The position numbers and the translations under genes were made by a program. Source: Botryllus schlosseri (taxonomy: Eukaryota). From it: a DNA stretch of 64,000 bases. Location: positions 11,968,001-12,032,000 of the forward strand of contig CM119372.1 of the NCBI GenBank assembly GCA_051294905.1. The letters run 5' to 3'. Numbering within the stretch: position 1 is the first letter of the stretch; the number at the start of each line of letters is the position of its first letter. Below, in pieces: positions 31,865-44,197 of the stretch. The notes beneath the pieces are model-generated. The model ran no database searches, was not told where the DNA came from, and saw nothing but the letters and a program-made list of their open reading frames with translations.

Positions 31865-34800
31865 GGGCATCCCTAAAAGACGGAAAAGCGGAAACAGCGG
31901 AAACAGCGGAAACAGCGGAAAACGAACCCTAAAACGCGGAAACAACGGAAACAGCGGAAACAATAAAAAATGCCGATTCCTAAAAGACGGAAAGACGGAA
32001 ATAGCGGAAAACTTAGCCATCGATTAAATAGCGGACTTTGATACTGACATAATCTGCTCGCTGCGGAATCCAAATCAGCGGAAAACGGAGTGTAGCCTGA
32101 GCAGCGGAAACAGCGGAAAAGTTAACCATACCATTTTGAGGCGAATATTACGGAAATATGACCATCGATTACATAGCGGACTTTGATACTGACATAGTCT
32201 GCTGGCTACGGAATCCATATAAGCGGAAAACGGAGTGTAGCCGAAGCAGCGGAAAATTTAACCATACCATTTTGAGGCGAATATGACGGAAAATTTGACC
32301 ATCGATTACATAGCGGACTTTGATACTAACATAATCTGCTGGCTACGGAATCTAAATCAGCGGAAAAACGGAGTGCAGCCGAAGCAGCGGAAAATTTAAC
32401 CATACCATTTTGAGGCGAATATTACGGAAATATGACCATCGATTACATAGCGGACTTTGATACTGACATAGTCTGCTGGCTACGGAATCTAAATCAGCGG
32501 AAAAACGGAGTGCAGCCGAAGCAGCGGAAACAGCGGAAAATTTAACCATACCATTTTGAGGCGAATATTACGGAAATATGACCGTCGATTACATAGCGGA
32601 CTTTGATACTAACATAATCTGCTGGCTACGGAATCTAAATCAGCGGAAAAACGGAGTGTAGCCGAAGCAGCGGAAACAGCGGAAAATTTAACCATACCAG
32701 TTTGAGGCGAATATGACGGAAAATTTGACCATCGATTACATAGCGGACTTTGATACTAACATAATCTGCTGGCTACGGAATCTAAATCAGCGGAAAAACG
32801 GAGTGCAGCCGAAGCAGCGGAAAATTTAACCATACCATTTTGAGGCGAATATTACGGAAATATGACCATCGATTACATAGCGGACTTTGATACTGACATA
32901 GTCTGCTGGCTACGGAATCTAAATCAGCGGAAAAACGGAGTGCAGCCGAAGCAGCGGAAACAGCGGAAAATTTAACCATACCATTTTGAGGCGAATATTA
33001 CGGAAATATGACCATCGATTACATAGCGGACTTTGATACTAACATAATCTGCTGGCTACGGAATCTAACAGCGGAAAAACGGAGTGCAGCCGAAGCAGCG
33101 GAAACAGCGAAAAATTTAACCATACCATTTTGAGGCGAATATTACGGAAATATGACCATCGATTACATAGCGGACTTTGATACTAACATAATCTGCTGGC
33201 TACGGAATCTAAATCAGCGCTTCGGCTGCACTCCGTTTTTCCGCTGATTTAGATTCCGTAGCCAGCAGATTATGTTAGTATCAAAGTCCGCTATGTAATC
33301 GATGGTCAAATTTTCCGTCAAATTTGCCTCAAACTGGTATGGTTAACTTTTCCGCTGTTTCCGCTGCTCAGGCTACACTTCGTTTTCCGCTGATTTAGAT
33401 TCCGCAGCCAGCAGATTATGTCAGTATCAAAGTCCTCTCTTCAATCGATGGTCAAATTTTCCGTCATATTCGCCTCAAACTGGTATGGTTAAATTTTCCG
33501 CTGTTTCCGCTGCTTCGGCTACACTCCGTTTTCCGCTTATATGGATTCCGTAGCCAGCAGATTATGTCAGTATCAAAGCCCGCTATGTAATCGATGGTCA
33601 AATTTTCCGTCAAATTTGCCTCAAACTGGTATGGTTAAATTTTCCGCTGTTTCCGCTGCTCAGGCTACACTTCGTTTTCCGCTGATTTAGATTCCGCAGC
33701 CAGCAGATTATGTCAGTATCAAAGTCCTCTCTTCAATCGATGGTCAAATTTTCCGTCATATTCGCCTCAAACTGGTATGGTTAAATTTTCCGCTGTTTCC
33801 GCTGCTTCGGCTGCACTCCGTTTTTCCGCTGATTTAGATTCCGTAGCCAGCAGATTATGTTAGTATCAAAGTCCGCTATGTAATCGATGGTCAAATTTTC
33901 CGTCAAATTTGCCTCAAACTGGTATGGTTAACTTTTCCGCTGTTTCCGCTGCTCAGGCTACACTTCGTTTTCCGCTGATTTAGATTCCGCAGCCAGCAGA
34001 TTATGTCAGTATCAAAGTCCTCTCTTCAATCGATGGTCAAATTTTCCGTCATATTCGCCTCAAACTGGTATGGTTAAATTTTCCGCTGTTTCCGCTGCTT
34101 CGGCTACACTCCGTTTTCCGCTTATATGGATTCCGTAGCCAGCAGATTATGTTAGTATCAAAGTCCGCTATGTAATCGATGGTCAAATTTTCCGTCAAAT
34201 TTGCCTCAAACTGGTATGGTTAAATTTTCCGCTGTTTCCGCTGCTCAGGCTACACTTCGTTTTCCGCTGATTTAGATTCCGCAGCCAGCAGATTATGTCA
34301 GTATCAAAGTCCGCTATGTAATCGATGGTCATATTTCCGTAATATTCGCCTCAAAATGGTATGGTTAAATTTTCCGCTGCTTCCGCTGCTTCGGCTGCAC
34401 TCCGTTTTTCCGCTGATTTAGATTCCGTAGCCAGCAGATTATGTTAGTATCAAAGTCCGCTATGTAATCGATGGTCAAATTTTCCGTCAAATTTGCCTCA
34501 AACTGGTATGGTTAACTTTTCCGCTGTTTCCGCTGCTCAGGCTACACTTCGTTTTCCGCTGATTTAGATTCCGCAGCCAGCAGATTATGTCAGTATCAAA
34601 GTCCTCTCTTCAATCGATGGTCAAATTTTCCGTCATATTCGCCTCAAACTGGTATGGTTAAATTTTCCGCTGTTTCCGCTGCTTCGGCTACACTCCGTTT
34701 TCCGCTTATATGGATTCCGTAGCCAGCAGATTATGTCAGTATCAAAGCCCGCTATGTAATCGATGGTCAAATTTTCCGTCAAATTTGCCTCAAACTGGTA

Positions 34801-35503
34801 TGGTTAACTTTTCCGCTGTTTCCGCTGCTCAGGCTACACTCCGTTTTTCCGCTGATTTAGATTCCGTAGCCAGCAGATTATGTTAGTATCAAAGTCCGCT
34901 ATGTAATCGATGGTCAAATTTTCCGTCATATTCGCCTCAAACTGGTATGGTTAAATTTTCCGCTGTTTCCGCTGCTTCGGCTACACTCCGTTTTCCGCTT
35001 ATATGGATTCCGCAGCCAGCAGATTATGTCAGTATCAAAGTCCGCTCTCTAATCGATGGTCAATCTTCCGTCAAATTTGCCTCAAACGGGTATGGTTAAC
35101 TTTTCCGCTGTTTCCGCTGCTCAGGCTACACTCCGTTTTCCGCTGATTTAGATTCCGCAGCGAGCTGATTATGTCAGTATCAAAGCCCGCTATGTAATCG
35201 ATGGTCAAATTTTCCGTCAAATTTGCCTCAAACTGGTATGGTTAACTTTTCCGCTGTTTCCGCTGCTCAGGCTACACTCCGTTTTTCCGCTGATTTAGAT
35301 TCCGCAGCGAGCAGATTATGTCAGTATCAAATTCCGCTATTTAATCGATGGTTAAGTTTTTCGCTATTTCCGTCTTTCCGTCTTTTAGGAATCGTCATTT
35401 TTTTATTGTTTCCGCTGTTTCCGTTGTTTCCGCGTTTTAGGGTTCATTTTCCGCTGTTTCCGCTGTTTCCGCTTTTCCGCTTTTCCGTCTTTTAGGGATG
35501 CCC
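31865..35503. mobile_element. Foldback (FB/Mutator-like) element made of inverted tandem arrays
   Basis: Termini gggcatccctaaaagacggaaaagcgg / ccgcttttccgtcttttagggatgccc; outer 9-bp gcggaaaca subrepeats; inner ~137-147-bp units (about 9 on the left, about 15 inverted on the right) meeting at ~33219; flanks tacatttac (31856-31864) / tccatttac (35504-35512), an 8/9 match to a 9-bp TSD. Confidence 0.9.
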
Positions 35504-35718
35504 TCCATTTACTATATTGTACGTATTCACTACACAGTACATTCCTGCACGGAACGATCGAAGTGGTCGGATCAGGATATCGTTCCATCATCATCATTGG
35601 TTTATTAGCAATTTTTATCAGTTCAGTGCACCACAAAATGCGATACAATGAAAAGATAGGAGGGTGTCGAAGCGACTTGGAGTAGTCTTTGGAATCAGAC
35701 ACCCACCTTGGCCTAGGG

Positions 35719-36908
35719 CAGGGGTCGCCAACTCAAAATGGGTCGCGGGCCACTTTTCCGAATTCCTATAGGCCGCGGGCCGCAGGACATCAATATCGAT
35801 ATAAAAGTACGCAACGCAGTTCAACAACCACATCTGATAACTCTATGTTATTACAATTCTGTGCTCTCTGACATGGGCGACGGTTATAGTCACCACAAAA
35901 GAAATAATATTTTATTGAACAAACACAAATACAACAAAAAGTATAGGGATCATCAATTTCGTTATATTTTGAACTATATGAGCTGTACACGATACCTGGC
36001 AACAGTCAGAAGCCGCTAAAACAGGGGTGGCCAACATTTTTGCTATTCCTGGCCGCATTTCGATTACTCATGTAGCCTGCGACCGCATACCGGTGGTTAG
36101 TGGTGATAAACTAGCTGGGACCAAATACTCACGTTAAACTGTCCATGTCCGTTGCCGATACACTCCGAACTAATAAATTTATGCATATCGGCTTACTATG
36201 CGCACCGAAATCGTTAGTAGCTGTGTTGTAAAGACCCACCAGAAAACCGCGGTCTGTAGTCGCGCGAAGCGCGAAAAAGTTTCATGTTCATTAGTGAATT
36301 TCGTCAATAAATATTCGTATAGTTTCACATATTACTATAAAATATCTATCCTTTCGCGGCCAATGTGATCAGATTCACCTATAGATCTGATGTAGGCGGT
36401 ATCTTAGAAAGCGTAGGGTTGTTATCAAAAGTGTCGACAGCCGCATAATTTCCCTTTTACTGCCGCAGATTGAGCACTCCCGGATTAAAGAATCAATATT
36501 TAGGTTGGCTAGACACGGTAGGCCTACTTGCTAGACAACTATCTCCTCGTATAGCATCGACTTTTGGGGAGCCCGAGGTCGTTTTTCACGCGTCTCGGTC
36601 TAGGCAGTGGTGGGCCATTGCACGTCAAGGCAATATTATGCCCATTCGTACTAGCAAATTCTTCACCCAAGGAATGATATTACCATGCCGAAGCCGTATC
36701 AACTAGTAAGGAATAGTGATATTGGGCACAGTATAATGGCTTACTTTGAACAACAACAACAACATTATGTTTCAATTGAAATCAATTTCAGCGTTTCAAA
36801 ATGATTTACTAAGCGTTTTTGTGAAAATTTTTCAAATCAGGTCGCGGGCCGCAAAATAGGACCTCGTGGGCCGCATGCGGCCCGCGGGCCGCGTGTTGGT
36901 GACCCCTG
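35719..36908. mobile_element. hAT MITE family A, copy 1 (1190 bp), inserted in a LINE 3' UTR
   Basis: TIR caggggtcgccaac / gttggtgacccctg; TSD gcctaggg / gcctgggg (7/8); near-identical to 53370-54559. Confidence 0.92.
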
Positions 36909-36916
36909 GCCTGGGG

Positions 36917-37700
36917 CCTAGGCCCTATAGGCGATGTAAAGAAGAGACATGCACAATTGCACCATAGCAATTTACAACGTAGCTACGTTGTAAATTGCTA
37001 TGGTTGCACACTGAATGAAAAGTAAAGGAAAATAGCATAGAAAAAAGCAATCGACAAAATGGTAATCTTGAGGATGGACTAGTATTTGCTTGTATTTCGA
37101 CTTGAATGTAGACAACTAGACTGTGGACAATGGACATGCTCGTCGATTGTCGGGTAGCCGGCGAGATGCTGTTCCACAATTGGGGTCCGGCATACTTGAT
37201 AGAGCAATGCGTCCACACGACAGGTCCGGCATATTTGATAAAGCGATGATTTTTTCGGTCAGTCATATGATATTTGGACGACGTGGACGGCTGGACGCGC
37301 GTGTGTTGTGCTTGTGCGCTTTTGATTCCGAGGTAAAGAAGTCATTGAAATATTCGGGGCAATGACCGCAGTAGAAGCTATGTGGAACTGATACATAAAC
37401 TTGGCGATTTCTAGTTTCCGCATATCTTCTATGTTTAGGACACCAAATATCTTCAGCAGCGACTTGTTGGATGGACAACCAGGCGCTTCGGGCCCTATCT
37501 ATGATATGGAGTACGTTATGTTGTAGTTTCTGCTGTGGCTCGAGTATCCTACAGTTTTACTGGTAGCCCCCCAACAGAAGATGTCATATTGCCATACAAT
37601 TTCGATTGGATTAAGGATGTCTAAGGCTGTAGAACTGGCCGCACTTCGGTGGTAATTTAGTGTCTAGGGACTGAATATGACTCTTCCAGGACATGTCCGA
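36917..37700 (-). mobile_element. CR1/L2-type LINE 3' fragment; its 3' UTR continues at 35590-35718 beyond the inserted MITE
   Basis: Decayed ORF2 tail (HKHNTRAS; IKYAGPQLWNSI); 3' UTR motif gtgtctgattccaaagactactccaagtcg-ttcgacacc also found at ~5190-5280(-), ~13420-13530(+) and ~31682-31753(+). Confidence 0.7.
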
Positions 37701-38049
37701 GTCCAGTAAAACCCTGAGATATTTGGAATTTTCTGTGTTGGAAACGGGCTGCTTAGCGATGTTAACGTTGCTCTTCTATAAATTGAATTGTGTTTGCACT
37801 CATAAGCTAAATATTTTTCAAAAGTATTTACACACTTTTGCATAATTATAATACGTTTGAAAAAACACTTTTTTTTAAAAAGGGCATTTGTTAAAAACAC
37901 GGCTTAAAACATGTTTTAAAGGAAGTGTTTTAAGACGTCGTTTGTTTTAAATGCAACCCTAGTCGTAAGGAATGCGATGGCAATGGATTTACCTGCGCGA
38001 GAGGGATATTCTTATTAACTCGCTGCAAAATGTCGCGGATAAACAGGCA

Positions 38050-38260
38050 TTTTCAGGAAAACAATAAATGAGATTAGAATTAAATTCAGAGAATCGGAAC
38101 ATTTCTCATATTAGATTGGAATTAGAATTAGAGCATAAAACCAATTCACAAATTAGATTAGAATTAGAACTAGATCTAGAGCATAGAAACATTTCACATA
38201 TTAGATTAAAATTCGATTACTGGCATTTCGCTCTAATTTAGTGAAATTAGTCATCTAGAA
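38050..38260. repeat. Degenerate attaga/aattag low-complexity array
   Basis: Repeated attagaattag motifs; probably subterminal repeats of a decayed DNA transposon. Confidence 0.45.
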
Positions 38261-38346
38261 TTATTTAGTTGTCCAACTGTCCAAGTCTGACTCCGAGACG
38301 AAGTCACCATGAAAAATCGGGCTAATGAGCGGTATACTATATAGTA

Positions 38347-39794
38347 CAGTGGTTCGGAACCCTTTTGGACAGAAGAGCCATATTGGCCCAATATATTCAA
38401 ATGTAACTTCCGAAGAGCCATACATGTCATTCAACTGTTACATCACAATTGAACATCAGTGACGTATTGGTAGCACTAATATGTAGGATTCGTAGTGCGC
38501 GCCATATTTTTCTGCCCACATGGGTAGGTGGAGCCAAATTTGATCGGTGCATGGTGCCTGAAGCAGTACATAACCACCGCGTGATGCGTCAATGACGTGG
38601 GGTTAGGGGAGGCAAGTGAGGCAGTGCCTCAGATGTCGTCAGGGATGAGTGAAGGAAAATTGTGAATCCTTCAATGGAAATTGGTATCTTCTGTCGATGT
38701 TTATGAATGACCAGATTTTGAACATTTTTATTCCTAAAATGACGGAATTTTCATGCTTATTGTTTGAAAATAAAGCGAAAAGGGAGATGTAAGACTCAGA
38801 TGAGGCATAGGCAGACCAAGCCTCGCCTGTGACAGCGCAACTCATTGTAAATAGCTGGGAATTTATAATCACTAATTTTGGTTAAATGTAATTTTCGTTC
38901 TGATTCTGAAAATCGAAGTATTGATTGACTCCTAAAATATTCGACGTAACGTAACGTTGCGTTACACACCTATATTTTTACGTAGGTGGCGAGATAGTGC
39001 AGTGGTATAATCCGCGGCTGCAACACCAATGGGCTGCGGGTTCGAATCCGACTGAGGTCGACTTCAGAATTCTTACCTAAGTGTTGGAGGTTCATCTGGG
39101 CTCCTCCTCGCCATCTCCTCCGAGTAAGCGGTGTCTTACAAAAAGCCTAGAAGTGGGCCGTGCTATAAGTCGGCAATTACGGAATAAAAATGAAGAATAG
39201 CGGCCTGGTGTAAATGACCATAGTAGTCGACAAGCACCTTAAATACCTCAAAACAAACAAACCTACATTTTCACGGCGGTGCTAAAAAGCTAATAACCAA
39301 TCAAGAAAAGGAATAGGTTTGGCGTTGTTATTAATTTGAATTTGTAAATGTGAATGTCACTTCCAAGGCACTTTATTTCTCCGTGTAGATCAGGAAGACA
39401 TTATGTATATGAAAACTGCATTGTCCTACAAGTGTCGCCATGTCTGCAATTCTCTTTCGTCAACTAAGGTATCGTGCAATCCAAAATTTATAGACGGCAA
39501 TGATTGGTAGATCGAACTCGCGAGTGGTGTTAGTCGGCGGTGCGACAGCAACTTAAATTTGGGGATTTTGAAAAGAGGGAGGTACGAGCCCCTATCCCTG
39601 AGTACCCCACTGTCTTGACCTCTCAAAGACGTGTTTGCGCTTCCACGAGAATAATAATTTTCGCCGTCATTAAAATTTACTAATAGTTGCTGCAATATTG
39701 ATAAATTAGGTACAAAATTTAAGATTTCCGAAAGAGCCATCTTATACCCAAAAGAGCCATATCTGGCTCGCGAGCCATAGGTCCCCGACCACTG
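38347..39794. mobile_element. hAT (Charlie-like) MITE with a nested SINE
   Basis: cagtggttcggaacc / ggtccccgaccactg; TSD atatagta at 38339-38346 and 39795-39802; aagagccat subterminal repeats. Confidence 0.87.
38987..39262 (+). mobile_element. tRNA-derived SINE
   Basis: Head ggcgagatagtgcagtggtataa...ctgcaac...ggttcgaatcc (A/B-box-like), body shared with 50904-51157 and ~54820-54985, (aaac)n tail. Confidence 0.75.
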
Positions 39795-40309
39795 ATATAG
39801 TAGATCCGAATTCGATGCGAATGCTATAATACTTTTGTCAGGTTCTTGATTTTGATCAGCTGCACGATTATCGTACTATACGTACGATACTGACTGAATC
39901 ATTGGTAGGTTAATTGTTCCAGACAAAACGCTTATTATTATTGAACTAAGACCACGAGGCTCATAGTTACGTCCTCACAGGAATGTTTATGAGTCAATTC
40001 TATATGGAGTTACTTCATATTCGTGTATTATTCCACATTGATCCGTTAAAACATTAGTCGTCAGATTTTTAGTTTTAGCTGTTTAATAGGGACTGTACTG
40101 ACAATAGGCTAGTGTGCTATATGAATGCAGGTTACAGACCGCAGTCAATCAAGCTATCGAATGCGACTAGTCATGCTCTCCTATGTGTTCCCCGAAACAA
40201 CCTGCAATTATTGCAATCCACAGTTCCGTTCTTCTGCTCCGCATTATGTGTCGTGGATTGACTTCTAAATATCTTATCGCAGGAGCGGGCAAACTTTTTA
40301 GCTCGCGGA

Positions 40310-42981
40310 TAAAGGACTGCTGGGCACAATGATTCGAGTACTCGAATCAGAATCGAGTATTAATTTCAATGATTCGAATCGAGTAGTGAAAGACGATTCT
40401 GAATCACGCGATTACGATTACGATTACGATTACAGCAAAATCAGGAAGTAGTCGATTACGATTACGATTACATTTGAAAAGTAATCACGATTACTCACGA
40501 TTACATTTATTTTGCATCATAGATCTAATCTTCGAAGATATATTGAAGACAATATAAGGATTGCGTTGAAAAGCCTAATGAGATAATAACAAGTTTCTCA
40601 ATAAATGATGCGGCATTTGCTTGTTACGTCATAATGTACCCATTGCCCAACTTTATAGGGGACGATTTATCGCACAAAAAATTTGCATTCTTGCCTGCAG
40701 GTCCGTAACTGCCGCACCCCAAACTTCCCAATAGGGTGGTGAGCGCGCTCGAATGGGACTCAAAAGTATATGGTAAAACCAACATACATTATAAAGTATT
40801 TTTGAGAGATTTATTCAACTGGAAACATTTTTTCGTGCTTCGCGATTTACATGTCTCTTGATATCTTGATTTTGAAATGCATACCTCTCACCCCCATTTG
40901 TGTGTGCGTTTCACGAAAGTTTCTCCTTTCGTCTGCTACGTTTGGGCGACTACAATGTCTTTTGATTATATGACAGACTTGAGGTCACCAATTTACAACA
41001 TAAAGTAAAGTAATTACAACAACATATCAGGTGTTATAATTATGAATTACGTGCCCTCAGCTCTACAGGTATATCTAACTATCGGGGGCTGAAAGAGGAT
41101 TAAAAATGAATAGTAATATAATGCAATTACTAATATTATTGACAATAATTCAGTCTTCAACTTGAAAATTGACCAACTTATTGGGGCCCAAGAGCAACGT
41201 TTGGAGTGCGGGACGAATTGCTGTTTTGGTCCTCATCCTAGCCACAATCCGCACTAACATGGCATATAAGCGGATGGCCATGGCAGCAGGAAGAATTGAG
41301 AAATAACGGTTGGCGCCCGTTTCAAGTAGAATCATATGACAATAATATAAACTATAAAGTGAATATAAAATTCGGCCTTCCACTTAATACAGATACTGCG
41401 AGCTGCCGAGATCCTCGTCTAAAGGAAACATCTACTTACCCCCACCCAACAGCAACCTAACTAAGAGATCTATCGACTACTCGGGACCTATCATCTGGAA
41501 TGCATTACCGCCACATATCCGTGAATTGCCTTATAATAGATTAAAAAAAGCCCTACTTGATCACCTCTTGTCGTTACACTAACACTGTTGCCCTACCTCG
41601 CCCAGACATTGCTTCATTGATCATTTGCCACCATTGTTTAATTTTTTCTATTTTCCTTTAACTAAACATTTCTTTACAGCCAGACTGTTCAGAGTCAAGT
41701 GTACCTGTCTGATGCTGGTGTGATCAGACTAGATGACCTTCACGGTCTTATCGATCATTCCTATCTAATACCGAATACTGTGCACGCATATTTTCTGTAC
41801 CACCATCACTACAGTTTGTTATGTATTTAGGTTCGATGAAAATAAAGACTCTCTCTCTCTCTCAAGAAACGGCAAAGAATGGTTCGGTTATGATATATGT
41901 CAGCAGTTGTTGATTTTTAAAGCATCGTGTGGAAATTGTAATGGTAAAATTTCGAATCATTGCCCGGTGTACGTACGTACTACATAGGCCTGCTGCTCGC
42001 CAAACACCAACGGACAAACTGCGTTTAACTGAACATGACCAAACATCAATACATACATCAGCTACCAATTGCAACAAGGCAGAATGGTGATTATTATCCT
42101 GCTGCGAGGTAGTGGCGTCTGGAGTGTATTGATAACCTGATATATCGCACGGTAGGTGTTCTTACAATCACACTACAATGTACGTCAAATATCTATTTAC
42201 TATGTGTGGATACTTCTTACGCAATCACGAGCAAAGCTAATACTTTTGACGTAATAACGAGCAGTGGCGTTTGTAAATCAGACGTTTGTGCTCACTAACC
42301 TGGTATAATATAATTTCCTTGTTCACGAATGTTGAGTGTATGTCATAGTCTTTGTACGAATATAAAGTAATCGCTCTTTAACAAAGAAATCGATTAGATA
42401 TGGGAAGTAGTCGATTACGATTACGATTAGTTTTGAATTTTTTCGAATGTAATCGATTGCGATTACGATTACTTGAAAATGCTGTAATCGTCGTAATCGA
42501 TTACGATTACTAATCGCGATTACCCCATGTCTGACGACGGTTACTGGAAATAGCACATTGTCAAGTGCAATGAAATCGGTATGGTCGAAAAAATCTTCAA
42601 TGTGGTGGATAACAGGCATTATATTATTTGTGGTGGGATAAAAGCTACATATTTGAACAATGGAGACTGATCTAGCGCAACGCGGGCTGTCGCTAGAAGA
42701 CGCCCACGACCGCCTACGTTGGAGACGCCTAACACGAGCCCAAAACTGATTATCTCGATGTTCTTTTGTTTCCTGTTTTCTTTTCCCCTTTTTATTTTAT
42801 CTAATTGAAAAGTATATATATATATATATATATATATATTGAACTATAAAATATTACAGTTTTGTTATAGCGTCATAATGAGTGATACTCGATTTGTCGA
42901 TTACTCAACTCAACTCGAAGCGTAATATGTGATTCAGAATCGAATCGTTCAGGTAGACCTACTCGATTTTGCCCAGCCCTA
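40310..42981. mobile_element. Nested hAT-like element containing a (cgatta)n-ended element and a LINE 3' end
   Basis: Degenerate left end taaaggactgctgggca, right end tgcccagcccta; flanks ctcgcgga / ctcgcggg (7/8). Internal cgatta arrays at ~40400-40505 and ~42390-42530. Confidence 0.6.
41382..41862 (+). mobile_element. CR1/L2-type LINE 3' fragment
   Basis: Translates to ...RSSSKGNIYL...KRSIDYSGPIIWNALPPHIRELP..., followed by a UTR ending aataaagac(tc)n. A related fragment lies at ~13040-13406. Confidence 0.65.
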
Positions 42982-43491
42982 CTCGCGGGCCGCAATCGAA
43001 ATTTGAATGCATTCGCGGGCCGCACTATAAAAAATTGGGATACTAAGCCCAAGTTCAATATTGTTATTTGATTATGCAGTGACCGACGACATGGAAATAA
43101 TAACAAACCAAACATTGATTGGATGATAACGTATATATATAACACGCGTCAGAAATAATAGCTAGAATTTATAAGCTGGTCGTCCTCATTGTCAAAATTA
43201 AGAATGAAAGTCGGTTGTCCCGATTCTTAGAACTGGATGTAAATTTGAGTCTGTGAGCAGCGATCTGCTCATAGATGGTGCTGATTGTACTTTTGGTTTA
43301 AGTCCAAAACACAAAATCACACTCGTGGTCCGAATTAAGTAATTTACGTTTCACTTTCTCTGATGTTTAGCAATTGAAACCTTTCAAAATGCATGGGCTA
43401 ATCGCGTAATCAATGAAATGAATATTTGAAGAGCTTCTTGGAGGTACAGAACTTCAATATACAACTGAATAGTATATTCATATTGAAATAA

Positions 43492-43525
43492 ACCCGAATA
43501 TTTTCGGCTGACACTCGTCAGGGGT
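43492..43525 (-). ncRNA. Minimal type I hammerhead ribozyme motif (intact core)
   Basis: Minus strand reads ACCC-CUGACGA-G-UGUCAGC-C-GAAA-AUAU-UC-GGGU: stem I ACCC/GGGU, full core, 1-bp stem II, 1-bp stem III with palindromic AUAU loop, H17=C. Confidence 0.8.
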
Positions 43526-43571
43526 AATCGTCAGCAACTATAGTAGAGAATTGGAAAGAACATTGTGAAAT

Positions 43572-44197
43572 CATAGTGTCCTATATGGTGTCGACACAAG
43601 CTAATCTCACGGCTCAGTGAAATTGTATTACGTCACAATTTCCATTTGGCTACAGGCAATTTGACGGTCATTTTTGACCGGCTTGCCGAGCATTAAATGT
43701 GGTGAAACGGGTATCAATCGAAAGCTGACTCTGCCCTGATTACGAAAAAATACATTTTATTCCGCTCGCGGCCCTGGAACCCCCACAATCAGCCTCGAAT
43801 TTTTCATTGTTATGGAGATTGGCATCGGGACGCAACAATGCTGTCTGGCGAAACGAGAGAGAAGCTCATGACGCAACAATGCTGTCTGGCGAAACGAGAG
43901 TGTAGCTCAAGAGAAAAAGGTCCAAAAAGCATTGTTGCGTCCCAATGCCAACCTACATAACAATGAAAATTTCGAGGCGGATTGTGGGGGTTCCAGGGCC
44001 GCAAGCGGAATAAAATTTATATTTTCGTCATCCGTGCAGAGTCAGCTTTCGATTGATACCCGTTTTACCAAATTTAATGCTCGGCAAGCCGGTCAAAAAT
44101 GACCGTCAAATTGCCTGTAGCCAAGTGGAAATTGTGACGTGTACAATTTCACTGAGCCGTGATATTTGCTTGTGTCGACACCATATAGGACACTATG
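43572..44197. mobile_element. Palindromic MITE, P-element-like (CAT termini, 7-bp TSD)
   Basis: catagtgtcctatatggtgtcgacacaagc ... gcttgtgtcgacaccatataggacactatg; ~240-bp inverted arms; central direct repeat acgcaacaatgctgtctggcgaaacgagag x2; TSD gtgaaat at 43565-43571 and 44198-44204. Confidence 0.85.

Noticed and set aside
31865..35503. CRISPR-like array, or coding ORFs (e.g. MVKFSAVSAASAALRF...) in the tandem repeats
   Set aside because: The units are contiguous with no unique spacers, there are no cas genes, and the context is eukaryotic. The short ORFs are by-products of the repeat.
35738..36706. Duplicated small ORFs (MGRGPLFRIP..., MSTPGLKNQY...) that recur at 53389 and 54121
   Set aside because: They recur only because they lie inside two copies of the same MITE, and they show no transposase motifs.
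38987..39060. Functional tRNA-Cys gene
   Set aside because: The acceptor stem does not pair, and the head continues into a body shared with other dispersed copies, so it is a SINE.
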